38,807 nucleotides of DNA from Candidatus Curtissbacteria bacterium. GTDB lineage: Bacteria; Patescibacteriota; Microgenomatia; Curtissbacterales; GWA2-41-24. The notes beneath the pieces are model-generated. The model did no database searches and had not been told where the DNA came from. It was given only the letters and a program-made list of their open reading frames with translations. The translations under genes were made by a program, and so were the position numbers. The stretch spans positions 1-38,807 of the forward strand of contig JAUYIQ010000012.1 in the NCBI GenBank assembly GCA_030688205.1, read 5' to 3'. Below, in pieces: positions 1 to 8,107 of this stretch (positions are counted from its first letter, which is position 1; each line of letters begins with the position of its first letter).

Positions 1-268
1 ACTCCCTCCAAAGTTTTTCCACATCTTCTTTTAAAACATCAATATTTTTAATTTCTCCTTTTGAAAGGACATAGTTTAAAATTTGATCATGGAGAATCGG
101 AGTGGGTGTAAATGTTCTTTCAACACCCGGTGTCGGATTGACAAACGTGCCCGAAAAACCGATTACTTCTATTTCTGAATCGGCTCCGCAAGCGGCAAGA
201 CCTAAACCCAACCCGATAGGCGCAACTATTTTAAATAACTTGCCCCGAATTCGCCAGTCTATTTCCAC
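1..268 (-). CDS. Partial hypothetical protein whose 3' end runs off the left window edge (absent from the supplied ORF track)
   Basis: Hand translation of the minus strand is stop-free from an in-frame TGA at 314-316 down to base 2. Candidate starts are TTG 289-287 or GTG 268-266; there is no ATG. Translation: ..EIDWRIRGKLFKIVAPIGLGLGLAACGADSEIEVIGFSGTFVNPTPGVERTFTPTPILHDQILNYVLSKGEIKNIDVLKEDVEKLWRE. Composition is protein-like, but I do not recognise the family. Confidence 0.3.
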   Translation of the reverse strand, partial: MEIDWRIRGKLFKIVAPIGLGLGLAACGADSEIEVIGFSGTFVNPTPGVERTFTPTPILHDQILNYVLSKGEIKNIDVLKEDVEKLWRE

Positions 269-368
269 AAAAAGCCTTCTTCGGCACAATTCTGCTCTTT
301 TTGAAAAATCTTGTCAAGAAACTATATCAAAAGAGGTAATACAGACTAAGAAGTAGATCGTTTGCAAT

Positions 369-977
369 TTAGTATTCCGATTCCCGCTTATCGCTTCTCT
401 CTTCCAATACATACTTATAACTAAACCACCAGAAAAAAGCCAGCCAAAACATGCTCAAAAGTACTGCACCGTATTTATGGGTTAAATCGGTAGCAACTCC
501 ACCGAAATAATAAAGTATTGCCAGAATTAAAGCTATCCTGATTACGTTGAAGATAAAGGTTCCCAAAAAGCCGATAAGAAGGACTTCTATTTTGGAAAAC
601 CTCGTATATTTCTTAGAAAATCCTCCCCATAAGCTTATCCCTAAAATTACAAAAGACTGCCAGCCGATACAATTCCACGAAATATAAGTCTTCAAACTTT
701 GGCCGTTTTTAATAACCTCAACCGTCCCCTCAAGAATCGGCACTCCCGCAAGCTTCAAAAGTGTTCCTACAAGAACCTCCTCATACGGAACAAGGACATT
801 CTCAATCACCCTGAAAAAGAACGTTTGTTCTGCAATCTTTGCAAACAGGTTGTCCAAAGTCAGAAACAAGGGCAGGAATAAAAAGATGAAAAACAGCGGT
901 AATACAAGGTGGATTACCAGCCATCGTGATACTTCGTAAATTCTAGGATTTATTGTTGAACTGTAAATTTGCTTCAT
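369..977 (-). CDS. Exosortase/archaeosortase-family membrane protein (paralog 1)
   Basis: 202-aa ORF that is hydrophobic throughout, with about 6 predicted TM helices. Motifs are VPYEE, ISWNCIGWQS (Cys), FNVIRIALIL (Arg), THKYGAVLL (His) and FWWFSYKYVLEE. The Cys...Arg...His order matches the conserved core described for exosortases/archaeosortases. It is a clear paralog of 22929-23471 and 29182-29763. Confidence 0.7.
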   Translation of the reverse strand: MKQIYSSTINPRIYEVSRWLVIHLVLPLFFIFLFLPLFLTLDNLFAKIAEQTFFFRVIENVLVPYEEVLVGTLLKLAGVPILEGTVEVIKNGQSLKTYISWNCIGWQSFVILGISLWGGFSKKYTRFSKIEVLLIGFLGTFIFNVIRIALILAILYYFGGVATDLTHKYGAVLLSMFWLAFFWWFSYKYVLEERSDKRESEY

Positions 978-1043
978 AGTTAACCTTCGATATGACTACA
1001 AATAGGGTACCATATTAGGCTAAATTTTTAATATAAACCGCCA

Positions 1044-1072
1044 TTGCAAATCGTCTATTAATCGTCTACAAT
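1044..1072 (+). promoter_or_regulatory. Candidate sigma70-type promoter of the Fic gene (TTGCAA-17 nt-TACAAT)
   Basis: TTGCAA at 1044-1049, an exact 17-nt spacer, then TACAAT at 1067-1072. The ATG at 1081 is only 8 nt downstream and has no Shine-Dalgarno sequence, so the mRNA would be leaderless or nearly so. Confidence 0.35.
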
Positions 1073-1080
1073 ACGACTAT

Positions 1081-2118
1081 ATGTTTTCTCCTAAATATAC
1101 AATTACCGATACGCTTCTTGCCAACATCAAGCGAATTAATACTCTTGTTAACGGGCTAAACAACAGGAGATTTGCAAATGTTATTTTGTTGCAGCTGGAA
1201 AGGACCGCCAGAGAGGTTTCTAGCTATGCCTCAACGAGTATTGAAGGCAATCCTCTTCCCCTAACAGAAGTAAAAAAGATCCTTAAATCTAAACCGACCC
1301 ATATAAGAGAAAGTGAAAAAGAAGTTCTTAATTATAACCAAGCCCTGCAAGGACTAAACAAAAAGCTGGAAGAAGGTAAAGTAAAACTGTCACTGGCATT
1401 AATATTAAAGATCCAAAAACAAGTCACATTGGGACTTCTTCCTTCTTATGAATCCGGAAATTTAAGGCAAAAGCCAGTCGTAGTGAATGATCCGCGAACC
1501 GGGCAAATTAAATTCCTTCCGCCGGATGTAAAAGATGTTGAAACATTGATAAAGGATTTAATTAAGTATGTTATCAAAAACAGAGAAAAAATTGACCCTT
1601 TAATTTTAGCCGGTATATTCCATAAACAAATGGTTTTAATCCACCCGTTTACTGACGGCAATGGCAGAACTACCCGTTTGGCTACAAAAGTCTTAATGGC
1701 ACAGATGGGATTAAATACTTTTAGCTTATTCAGCTTCGAGAATTATTATAACCAAAATGTTACAAGGTATTTCGAAAAAGTGGGAGAATTTGGAAATTAT
1801 TATGATTTAGTTTCCTATGGAATTGATTTTACCCCTTGGTTAGAATACTTCACGGAAGGAATCATAGATGAACTATTAAGAGTGCAAAAACTACTTCCCG
1901 AAGAAACTACATCGCCACAGACAGGACTTCAACTCTTTCATTTTAGGATATTGGATTTTATCAGGGAGAAAGGTTTTATCACCAACCGGGATTATTCCAA
2001 ATTAGCAGACCGCGCGAAAGCCACAAGAGCAATTGATTTTCAAAAGTTGATAAAATTAGGCCTGATCGAAAGAAAAGGTAAGGGTAGGGCAACTTATTAT
2101 GTCTTAAAGGAAAAATAG
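1081..2118 (+). CDS. Fic-family protein (AMPylase-type) with N-terminal inhibitory motif and C-terminal winged-helix domain
   Basis: Canonical Fic motif HPFTDGNGRTTR (HxFx[DE]GNGRxxR). An upstream STSIEGN fits the (S/T)xxxE(G/N) intramolecular inhibitory helix. The C-terminus RAIDFQKLIKLGLIERKGKGRATYYVLK looks wHTH-like. Confidence 0.9.
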   Translation: MFSPKYTITDTLLANIKRINTLVNGLNNRRFANVILLQLERTAREVSSYASTSIEGNPLPLTEVKKILKSKPTHIRESEKEVLNYNQALQGLNKKLEEGKVKLSLALILKIQKQVTLGLLPSYESGNLRQKPVVVNDPRTGQIKFLPPDVKDVETLIKDLIKYVIKNREKIDPLILAGIFHKQMVLIHPFTDGNGRTTRLATKVLMAQMGLNTFSLFSFENYYNQNVTRYFEKVGEFGNYYDLVSYGIDFTPWLEYFTEGIIDELLRVQKLLPEETTSPQTGLQLFHFRILDFIREKGFITNRDYSKLADRAKATRAIDFQKLIKLGLIERKGKGRATYYVLKEK

Positions 2119-2139
2119 ATCCCCATTTGAAAATTGTCC

Positions 2140-4740
2140 TCATCCCCCGTTTTTTCTCCGCCTCCTTCCCAAAACCTTTCTTAATCGGTTAAACCCAAGA
2201 ATTCTCAAAAACCACATTGAAAATTGAAAATTGCTTGCCCTCCAAAACTTTAGTGAAGGAGGGAAAATTGAAAGTGTTCCCTGCCGAATACTTCTAATAA
2301 TCTTCGGAATCCCAAACGCAAACGGAGCCAGAAGAATCGAATATTCGGGAACTGGATCTCCGCCCTCGGTGTAGGTAGCGTAGATGGAGTATTTATTGGT
2401 CGTATGGGTGAAGGTAGCTGGAGATGTTAAATAGGCATTAGCTTGGGAATGCCCCTGGTCTGCACTTCCAGTATCATATTTATAATAGGCATTAACAAAC
2501 TTTGCGTATGCGTGTGCGAGAGCTAAGACGTAATCAACTGCCTCAATAGTTGGTGAAGTAGCAAAAGCGAAATCAACCCAACTATATGAAGTTCCTACAG
2601 ACACTTCATTAGTTGCTCCGTTAGTTATCAATGTTGAATCACTATGAGTATAAATTCCACCTTTAGCATTTCCTGCAGTGAGCCTTTTAGTATAGGCAGT
2701 AATCTTTGTGGCTGTTCCTGCAGCGCCTGTAAAAAGGCTTCCTCTTGTGGCCGCTCCATATGCGTACAGATCAGCTATCTCCTCAGTGCCCCCCGCCGTC
2801 TCGTACCCAAAAGTCGGGTCGACTGTGACGGGGTATTGGGCTTGGGCAAGCCAATTTTGATCGACAGTAACTGTTAATTCTCCCTTAACGGTATCAACAT
2901 TTAAATTTCCCCAGGTCGAATTATTGTTTGCGTCGGTGATTTTCGGCCGGTAAATATGGAGGGCTTTCCCCGTCTTGTAGTTTTTTCCGCCAAGTTGGGA
3001 ATAATCACCGGATTTGCCATCTTTGTAATAAACGGCATACGAGCCGACAACATTTTCCGGCCGGAAGATTGTGATGTGATTTTCTTTATCGCGGCACTCA
3101 GTCAGAGTACATGTTAATTCCGGATCCTTATTCTCCTCATTCAAAGCCGGCTGGTAGAAAAAATCCAAGTTCTTGGAATTAATGTCATAAGCAAAGACAT
3201 TGCTTTCCGGTTTTTCTTTAAGAAGTAAGTCAAACTCAAATTTGCCCGAGCTTCCGTTTTTAGCACTACCCGGCTCAGTGATTTTTTTGAAATAAAGATC
3301 CTGCTTCAGATCTTTCCAACTGATAGCATTGTTTCCTGTTTGAACCACAGCATCGGCACCTACCGGGTAGCTAATCTTCATTGAGGCTTCACCATCCCAG
3401 TTAGAAACAAGTACTTCCGGCTTGAGTTTTTTCGAATCGTTTCCGCCTACTGTAACGTTAGGAATGTCAGGGAAGTTATATGCTGCCTGTACGAGCCAAC
3501 CTGCATTCTTGCTTTCATCAAAAACCAACTTTCCTTCCTTGATGAACTTAATGGGTTCTACCAAATAAAATTGGGGGTAAATATCTTGTGCTTTTAAGAA
3601 GTATGTAAGCTCATGTACTTCTCCCTTCTTCCAATCAACTGTCCAGGTGAGCAGCCTTTGATACCCAACCTCAGTAAAGCCAACAACCGATTCCCTGCCT
3701 TCTACAACGGTTGCCGAATAGCCGGTTGGACTAAAACTTGCAGGCAAGGTTTCTGTGATTTGACCCCTAAAGTCTTGGTTTGCAACTACAGTAAGTTTGA
3801 CATCATAAGGTGAAGGTTGATAAATTCTGGTCGGGTAAGAAGTACGTTCAATATCAAAAGGTACGGATTCTTTAACCTCAAAGTAGCTTGTCGTGCTTCT
3901 TTTTCCTTCTTTTGATTCTACGATCAGGTCAAGTTTGTATAATCCCGTACCTTGAACCTTGAAGACTGCAGTGTAATCCGCGCTGTTTGTAATATTTTGC
4001 GGTCCGCACTTCCCGCTCGGCTTGATCCCCCCGTTTTCTGTGCTTAACTCTTCTCTAACTTGTAACTTGTCGCTTGTAACTTGTAACTTCAACCTGGCAT
4101 CACAAACTGCCTTACCCTGATCGTTTAGTACCCCGAAGCCAAGTTTCGCTTCTTCACCTGGTAAATAGATGCTCTTGTTGGTATTGATTGCAAGTGTTCC
4201 CCATCTGAAATCCTGAGTGGAAACGTAGTTAGCTCCTGTTGCATCCGTCCATTTGGCAGAAAGTGTGTATTTGCCGGGTTTGACTCCGGAAATATTCGAA
4301 AGCGTTACTTTAAATCCGCTGTCTTCACTAGCAATTTCAGGCTTAATATCCAATACTTCATGACCGGCATAATCCAATATAGAAGCTTCAGCTTTGGGTT
4401 CTGCAGCTTCCACCCTGCCCAATGAAAATATCCGGTCAAGCGTACTTACCTTGTTTTCGCTTCTTAGATAAAACTCCGGTTGACTTCCATTTCCAAACGT
4501 GTCGGTAACTGTTTCGATCTTTCCCCAGCTGGCAAGAGAGCCCAGTCTCGGGACCATGTCAAACAAACTCTCGTTAAAACTCAGTGCATTCAAAAGAATC
4601 GTGAATATCAAAAGAAACACCAGAAAACTAAGACCTTTTCGTCCTTTTCTTCTTGGCTGTATCCTCGGCGGATATTCCACCCAGCCGAAAGCCACTTGGT
4701 TTTTTGGTCTCAATCTGTTTCTAAAGAGTAAAATCTTCAT
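2140..4740 (-). CDS. Secreted surface protein with Ig-like/beta-sandwich domains and a PVPE C-terminal sorting signal (cargo 1)
   Basis: The ORF track gives 2140-4899. The likely start is ATG at 4740 (MKILLFRNRL...), which is followed by a signal-anchor helix LSFLVFLLIFTILLNALSF. Upstream codons overlap the HTH gene. Sequence stretches resemble MG/CARDB/DUF11-type sandwiches (FRWGTLAINTNKSIYLPGEEAKL, TWTVDWKKGEVHELTYFLKA). The C-terminus is DPVPE-YSILLAPFAFGIPKII-RSIRQ plus 46 extra residues. Confidence 0.7.
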   Translation of the reverse strand: MKILLFRNRLRPKNQVAFGWVEYPPRIQPRRKGRKGLSFLVFLLIFTILLNALSFNESLFDMVPRLGSLASWGKIETVTDTFGNGSQPEFYLRSENKVSTLDRIFSLGRVEAAEPKAEASILDYAGHEVLDIKPEIASEDSGFKVTLSNISGVKPGKYTLSAKWTDATGANYVSTQDFRWGTLAINTNKSIYLPGEEAKLGFGVLNDQGKAVCDARLKLQVTSDKLQVREELSTENGGIKPSGKCGPQNITNSADYTAVFKVQGTGLYKLDLIVESKEGKRSTTSYFEVKESVPFDIERTSYPTRIYQPSPYDVKLTVVANQDFRGQITETLPASFSPTGYSATVVEGRESVVGFTEVGYQRLLTWTVDWKKGEVHELTYFLKAQDIYPQFYLVEPIKFIKEGKLVFDESKNAGWLVQAAYNFPDIPNVTVGGNDSKKLKPEVLVSNWDGEASMKISYPVGADAVVQTGNNAISWKDLKQDLYFKKITEPGSAKNGSSGKFEFDLLLKEKPESNVFAYDINSKNLDFFYQPALNEENKDPELTCTLTECRDKENHITIFRPENVVGSYAVYYKDGKSGDYSQLGGKNYKTGKALHIYRPKITDANNNSTWGNLNVDTVKGELTVTVDQNWLAQAQYPVTVDPTFGYETAGGTEEIADLYAYGAATRGSLFTGAAGTATKITAYTKRLTAGNAKGGIYTHSDSTLITNGATNEVSVGTSYSWVDFAFATSPTIEAVDYVLALAHAYAKFVNAYYKYDTGSADQGHSQANAYLTSPATFTHTTNKYSIYATYTEGGDPVPEYSILLAPFAFGIPKIIRSIRQGTLSIFPPSLKFWRASNFQFSMWFLRILGFNRLRKVLGRRRRKNGG
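2281..2355 (-). other. PVPE + TM helix + basic cluster sorting signal of cargo 1
   Basis: CCA GTT CCC GAA (PVPE) was verified at 2344-2355 on the minus strand, followed by YSILLAPFAFGIPKII and RSIRQ. Confidence 0.6.
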
Positions 4741-5191
4741 AGCTAACTCCTTTCTGCTCGGCCTCAAAAATGATCTTCGTGGTAAAAAGCGCCGCGCCGA
4801 ACAAAAACGCTTTTTCCTGTTGCCATAGCTGTCGTTTTGAGTGGGTGTTAAGTGCAAGACGACTGAGGATATTGCGGACTCCCTTTTCGGAAATCGCAAA
4901 ACATTCGTTAGTTATCAATTTGGCGAGCTTCTTTGTGGAAAAATGCGGATTTTGCAAAACTTTCTCGAGAACTGTCTGTTCCCTGAATGGGGTCGCTCTT
5001 CGCGGGTGGTTTAAAATTTGCGCTTTTTTGGGTTTTACTGAGGACTTCTTGCCTGTGTAACGCTTATTTAGGCGGTAAAAAATTGTTCTGGAGATTCCGT
5101 AGAGTTTGCACCCCAAAGTTACAGAGAGTTCACCTCTTCGAACTCTTTCTATTAATTCACAGCGTTTCTTCTGGGTTAATTTCGGCGCCAC
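4721..5191 (-). CDS. Small HTH DNA-binding protein resembling the N-terminal domain of IS481/IS630-type transposases, with no catalytic domain
   Basis: 156 aa. Motifs are LGCKLYGISRTIFYRLNKRY (HTH), NHPRR, and a second HTH-like segment STKKLAKLITNECFAISEKGVRNILSRL. Its stop overlaps the cargo-1 start by 20 nt. Confidence 0.55.
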   Translation of the reverse strand: MAPKLTQKKRCELIERVRRGELSVTLGCKLYGISRTIFYRLNKRYTGKKSSVKPKKAQILNHPRRATPFREQTVLEKVLQNPHFSTKKLAKLITNECFAISEKGVRNILSRLALNTHSKRQLWQQEKAFLFGAALFTTKIIFEAEQKGVSYEDFTL

Positions 5192-5349
5192 GTCGGAAGA
5201 AATTTAAACGCCCTATCAGTTAAATTAATGTTAACATCACATGGACGACAGGTGTCAACAGCCAAACTCAAACCTAATCTATTAGTTAGTATTAAGTATC
5301 ATTTTGATCACATCTTAATTTTGCTAATGCAAAAGCGACATATGTCAAA

Positions 5350-5378
5350 TTGAGCAATACACTCAGGTGAGATATAAT
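5350..5378 (+). promoter_or_regulatory. Candidate sigma70-type promoter of ABC module A (TTGAGC-17 nt-TATAAT)
   Basis: TTGAGC at 5350-5355, a 17-nt spacer, then TATAAT at 5373-5378. The element TATAATCTCCG recurs upstream of the paralogous ATPase at 13638-13648. Confidence 0.4.
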
Positions 5379-5384
5379 CTCCGC

Positions 5385-6110
5385 GTGTACAATCCAATCC
5401 TTTCCGTCTCAAACCTCTCCGTCTCCTACCAGAATGAAAACAAAAAACTTCACGTACTTAAAAACATAAATTTTCAATCAAAAGAGGGGGAATTTATCTC
5501 AATTATCGGCCCCTCAAGTTGCGGGAAAACTACACTCCTAAAAAGTATTGCCAAACTCATTGATCCTTGTTTCGGACAAATAAATACAAACGGTAAGCTT
5601 ACTCTTGTTTTCCAGGACTATTCCAAGTCCCTCTTCCAATGGAAAACTGTAAGACAAAATATAGAATTTGGCTTTGAAAGGAACGGAAAGACGGGCAACT
5701 TTCAAAAACTAATAAACCTGGTTGGCCTAAAAGGGTTTGAAAACTACCACCCTTACCAGCTATCCGGAGGAATGCAGCAAAGAGTAGCCATTGCAAGAGC
5801 GATTGCTTACGACCCCCAAATAATTTTGATGGATGAACCTTTCGGATCATTGGATTCGCAAACCAGACTAAGGCTTGAAGATGAACTTTTAAGAATTTGG
5901 GGCAGGCTGAATAAAACAATTCTGTTTGTAACCCATGACGTAGAAGAAGCAATATATCTTGCCGACAGAGTTATCGTTCTAAGCTCGAAACCGGCTAAAA
6001 TCGTCTCCGATGTCAGAATCAACCTCGCAAGGCCAAGAAACCAGATAGGAACCAAAAAAAGCAAGGAATATATACGCTTGTGGGACAAAATTTACAAATT
6101 TTTGCAATGA
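5385..6110 (+). CDS. ABC transporter ATP-binding protein, NitT/TauT (nitrate/sulfonate/bicarbonate) type, copy A
   Basis: Walker A GPSSCGKTT, signature LSGGMQQRVAIARA, Walker B ILMDEPFGSLD, H-loop VTHD. The track start is GTG 5367. I prefer the in-frame GTG at 5385 because the conserved -10-like box lies at 5373-5378 and the paralog aligns from there. Confidence 0.9.
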   Translation: MYNPILSVSNLSVSYQNENKKLHVLKNINFQSKEGEFISIIGPSSCGKTTLLKSIAKLIDPCFGQINTNGKLTLVFQDYSKSLFQWKTVRQNIEFGFERNGKTGNFQKLINLVGLKGFENYHPYQLSGGMQQRVAIARAIAYDPQIILMDEPFGSLDSQTRLRLEDELLRIWGRLNKTILFVTHDVEEAIYLADRVIVLSSKPAKIVSDVRINLARPRNQIGTKKSKEYIRLWDKIYKFLQ

Positions 6111-6874
6111 AATCCGAACACAAAATCTGGGGGTACGTTTTTATTCTTTTCCTTATTCTGGTCTGGGAAATACTTTCTGGCGCAAACATTATCGAAAAGC
6201 TTTTCCTTCCACCCCCGTCGAAAATAGCCGTATCTTTTTATAAACTTTTACTATCTTCCGATTTCTGGATAGATCTCACGTCAAGCCTCTACCGAATGTT
6301 TTTTGGATACGCGATTGCCGTTATGTTGGCAGTTACTCTCGGAATCCTCATGGGTTCATTTAAGCTACTTTATAATTTGCTGGATCCGCTGATCGAATTT
6401 TTAAGACCCCTCCCTTCCGTTGCCATCATTCCCGCAGCCATTCTTTTTTTGGGGATTGGAGACGTTATGAAAGTATTTATAATAGTCTGGGCTTCGACCT
6501 GGCCGATTTTGCTAAATACAATAGACGGAATCAGAAACGTTGACCCTGTACAGATCGACACAGGAAGAGTATTCGGGATGAATAAATTAGAGATTACAAG
6601 AAGCATAAAAATTCCTAACGCAGCCCCCAACATCGCAACGGGAATGAGAATAAGTCTTGCCATAGCCCTTATTCTGACCATTACCTCCGAAATGGTTTCC
6701 GGAACAAATGGTATAGGCCTTTTTATCTTGAACTCCCAAAGGTCATTTAGAATTCCCGAAATGTATGCGGGAATAATAACAGTTGCGGCAATCGGTTTTT
6801 TGCTAAACTTAATTTTTGTCAAACTGGAGCGAAAATTACTCAAGTGGAATAAAGAAGCAACAAGACAGACCTAA
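6107..6874 (+). CDS. ABC transporter permease (SsuC/TauC-like), copy A
   Basis: Polytopic protein of the binding-protein-dependent transport family, paralogous to 17052-17819. The ATG at 6107 overlaps the ATPase stop (ATGA at 6107-6110). The track start is GTG 6080. Confidence 0.85.
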   Translation: MKSEHKIWGYVFILFLILVWEILSGANIIEKLFLPPPSKIAVSFYKLLLSSDFWIDLTSSLYRMFFGYAIAVMLAVTLGILMGSFKLLYNLLDPLIEFLRPLPSVAIIPAAILFLGIGDVMKVFIIVWASTWPILLNTIDGIRNVDPVQIDTGRVFGMNKLEITRSIKIPNAAPNIATGMRISLAIALILTITSEMVSGTNGIGLFILNSQRSFRIPEMYAGIITVAAIGFLLNLIFVKLERKLLKWNKEATRQT

Positions 6875-8104
6875 ATGAATGCAGTTCAATTCAAAAAAAT
6901 TAAAACCACCCTCGATTTTGTCTTAAAAAGCAAAATATCCGATTTTTACCGAAAGAAGTATTCAGATGAAAAATTACGGCTAAACTCTCCGCAAGACTTT
7001 CTAAACATTCCCTTTTTAACCAGAGATGAAATAGCAAAATCTCCTCCAACCGCAAGACTTTTTGTTCCTCAAGAAGAAGTTAAAACTTGGATAACTACGA
7101 GTGGAACTACATCGAAAGAGCCTCTTATAATCCCTGCTTCTCCTCTCAAACAGGATTATCTGCAAGTTCTTGCCCAAAACTTAAAAAAGTACAGCGTAAA
7201 ACGGATCATGCTTTTAAAACCTTCAGGATACGCGAATTTGCGAATATTGGATTGGAATTCACATCCCAAGCTCTCCGGCTACCCGCTTATCTTCGGGGAT
7301 TTAAGACAACTTGAAACCACCGCAAGTTTGGCAAAACTCCTAAAAATTGATGCGCTTGAAACAACCCCCACGGCTTTGCACTTTTTTATTCCGTATTTAA
7401 AAGAAATATACCCTCTCTCAAACATAAAATACATAATTTTGGGAGGAGAATACACTTCAGACCAAAAGTACAAATTTTTCAAAACCTATCTTAAAAATGC
7501 ATATTTCGACTTTACATTTGGGGGAACCGAAACAAGGGGCAAAAAAGGGCTGCGATGCGACTATTTAAACAGAACACGCGAGCCGCGGTTTTTCCATCCG
7601 ATATCCAACCTTTTCCACTTTGAAGTAACAGGCGAAGGCGAACTCATCCTGACAACCCTTTTCAAAACCCCCTTTCCTCTGATTCGGTACAAAACGGGAG
7701 ATATGGTCTCAATCACAAAGAATTCATGTCCCTGCGGAAGAAAAGAACAAATGGAGGTTTTTGGCAGGGTCGGCTACGATTCTGTCCGAATCGGGGGCAT
7801 TACAGTTCACAGGCATTTGGTTGAAGTTGCATTGCCGAAATTCAACGGCGATTGGGAAATGCACCTCTTTGAGGAAGTAAACAACAAGCGCCTTATGCCA
7901 AAACTTGTTTTGCATCTCTCAAAAACCTCAAAAAAAGAAGCGGCTTTGATTGCCGAAAGGGTTCAAAGGAATTTAAAAGTAGGTCCCAACCTTTACCTCA
8001 AAAAACTGGTCGATGATGAGATTTTCCTACCTCTGAAAATCGAGTTGGTTAACAGTTTTGAAGAAAAATACAAACGAGCTAAACTGGTTTCGCACATCAA
8101 GTAA
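6875..8104 (+). CDS. Adenylate-forming enzyme of the phenylacetate-CoA ligase / coenzyme F390 synthetase / CapK family, copy A
   Basis: ANL-superfamily motifs TSGTTSKEPL, FGGTET, RYKTGD and CPCGRKEQMEVFGRVGYDSVRIGGITV, as in PaaK-like enzymes of about 410-430 aa. The ATG follows the permease TAA directly. Confidence 0.75.
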   Translation: MNAVQFKKIKTTLDFVLKSKISDFYRKKYSDEKLRLNSPQDFLNIPFLTRDEIAKSPPTARLFVPQEEVKTWITTSGTTSKEPLIIPASPLKQDYLQVLAQNLKKYSVKRIMLLKPSGYANLRILDWNSHPKLSGYPLIFGDLRQLETTASLAKLLKIDALETTPTALHFFIPYLKEIYPLSNIKYIILGGEYTSDQKYKFFKTYLKNAYFDFTFGGTETRGKKGLRCDYLNRTREPRFFHPISNLFHFEVTGEGELILTTLFKTPFPLIRYKTGDMVSITKNSCPCGRKEQMEVFGRVGYDSVRIGGITVHRHLVEVALPKFNGDWEMHLFEEVNNKRLMPKLVLHLSKTSKKEAALIAERVQRNLKVGPNLYLKKLVDDEIFLPLKIELVNSFEEKYKRAKLVSHIK

Positions 8105-8107
8105 AAA

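Noticed and set aside
102-356. 84-aa plus-strand ORF from the track
   Set aside because: It lies antisense to a stop-free, more protein-like minus-strand frame that runs off the window edge (1-268). Its own sequence is low-complexity and basic with no recognisable motif. It is probably a shadow ORF.
4741-4899. 53-codon N-terminal extension of the cargo-1 ORF in the track
   Set aside because: It overlaps the HTH gene in another frame, is highly basic and low-complexity, and precedes a good ATG (4740) followed by a signal-anchor helix.
4721-5191. HTH genes (also 27734-28672) as IS481/IS630 transposases, i.e. mobile elements
   Set aside because: Only the N-terminal DNA-binding part is present. 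There is no DDE/integrase core and no terminal inverted repeats or target duplications that I could see. Both overlap and appear co-transcribed with PVPE cargo operons.
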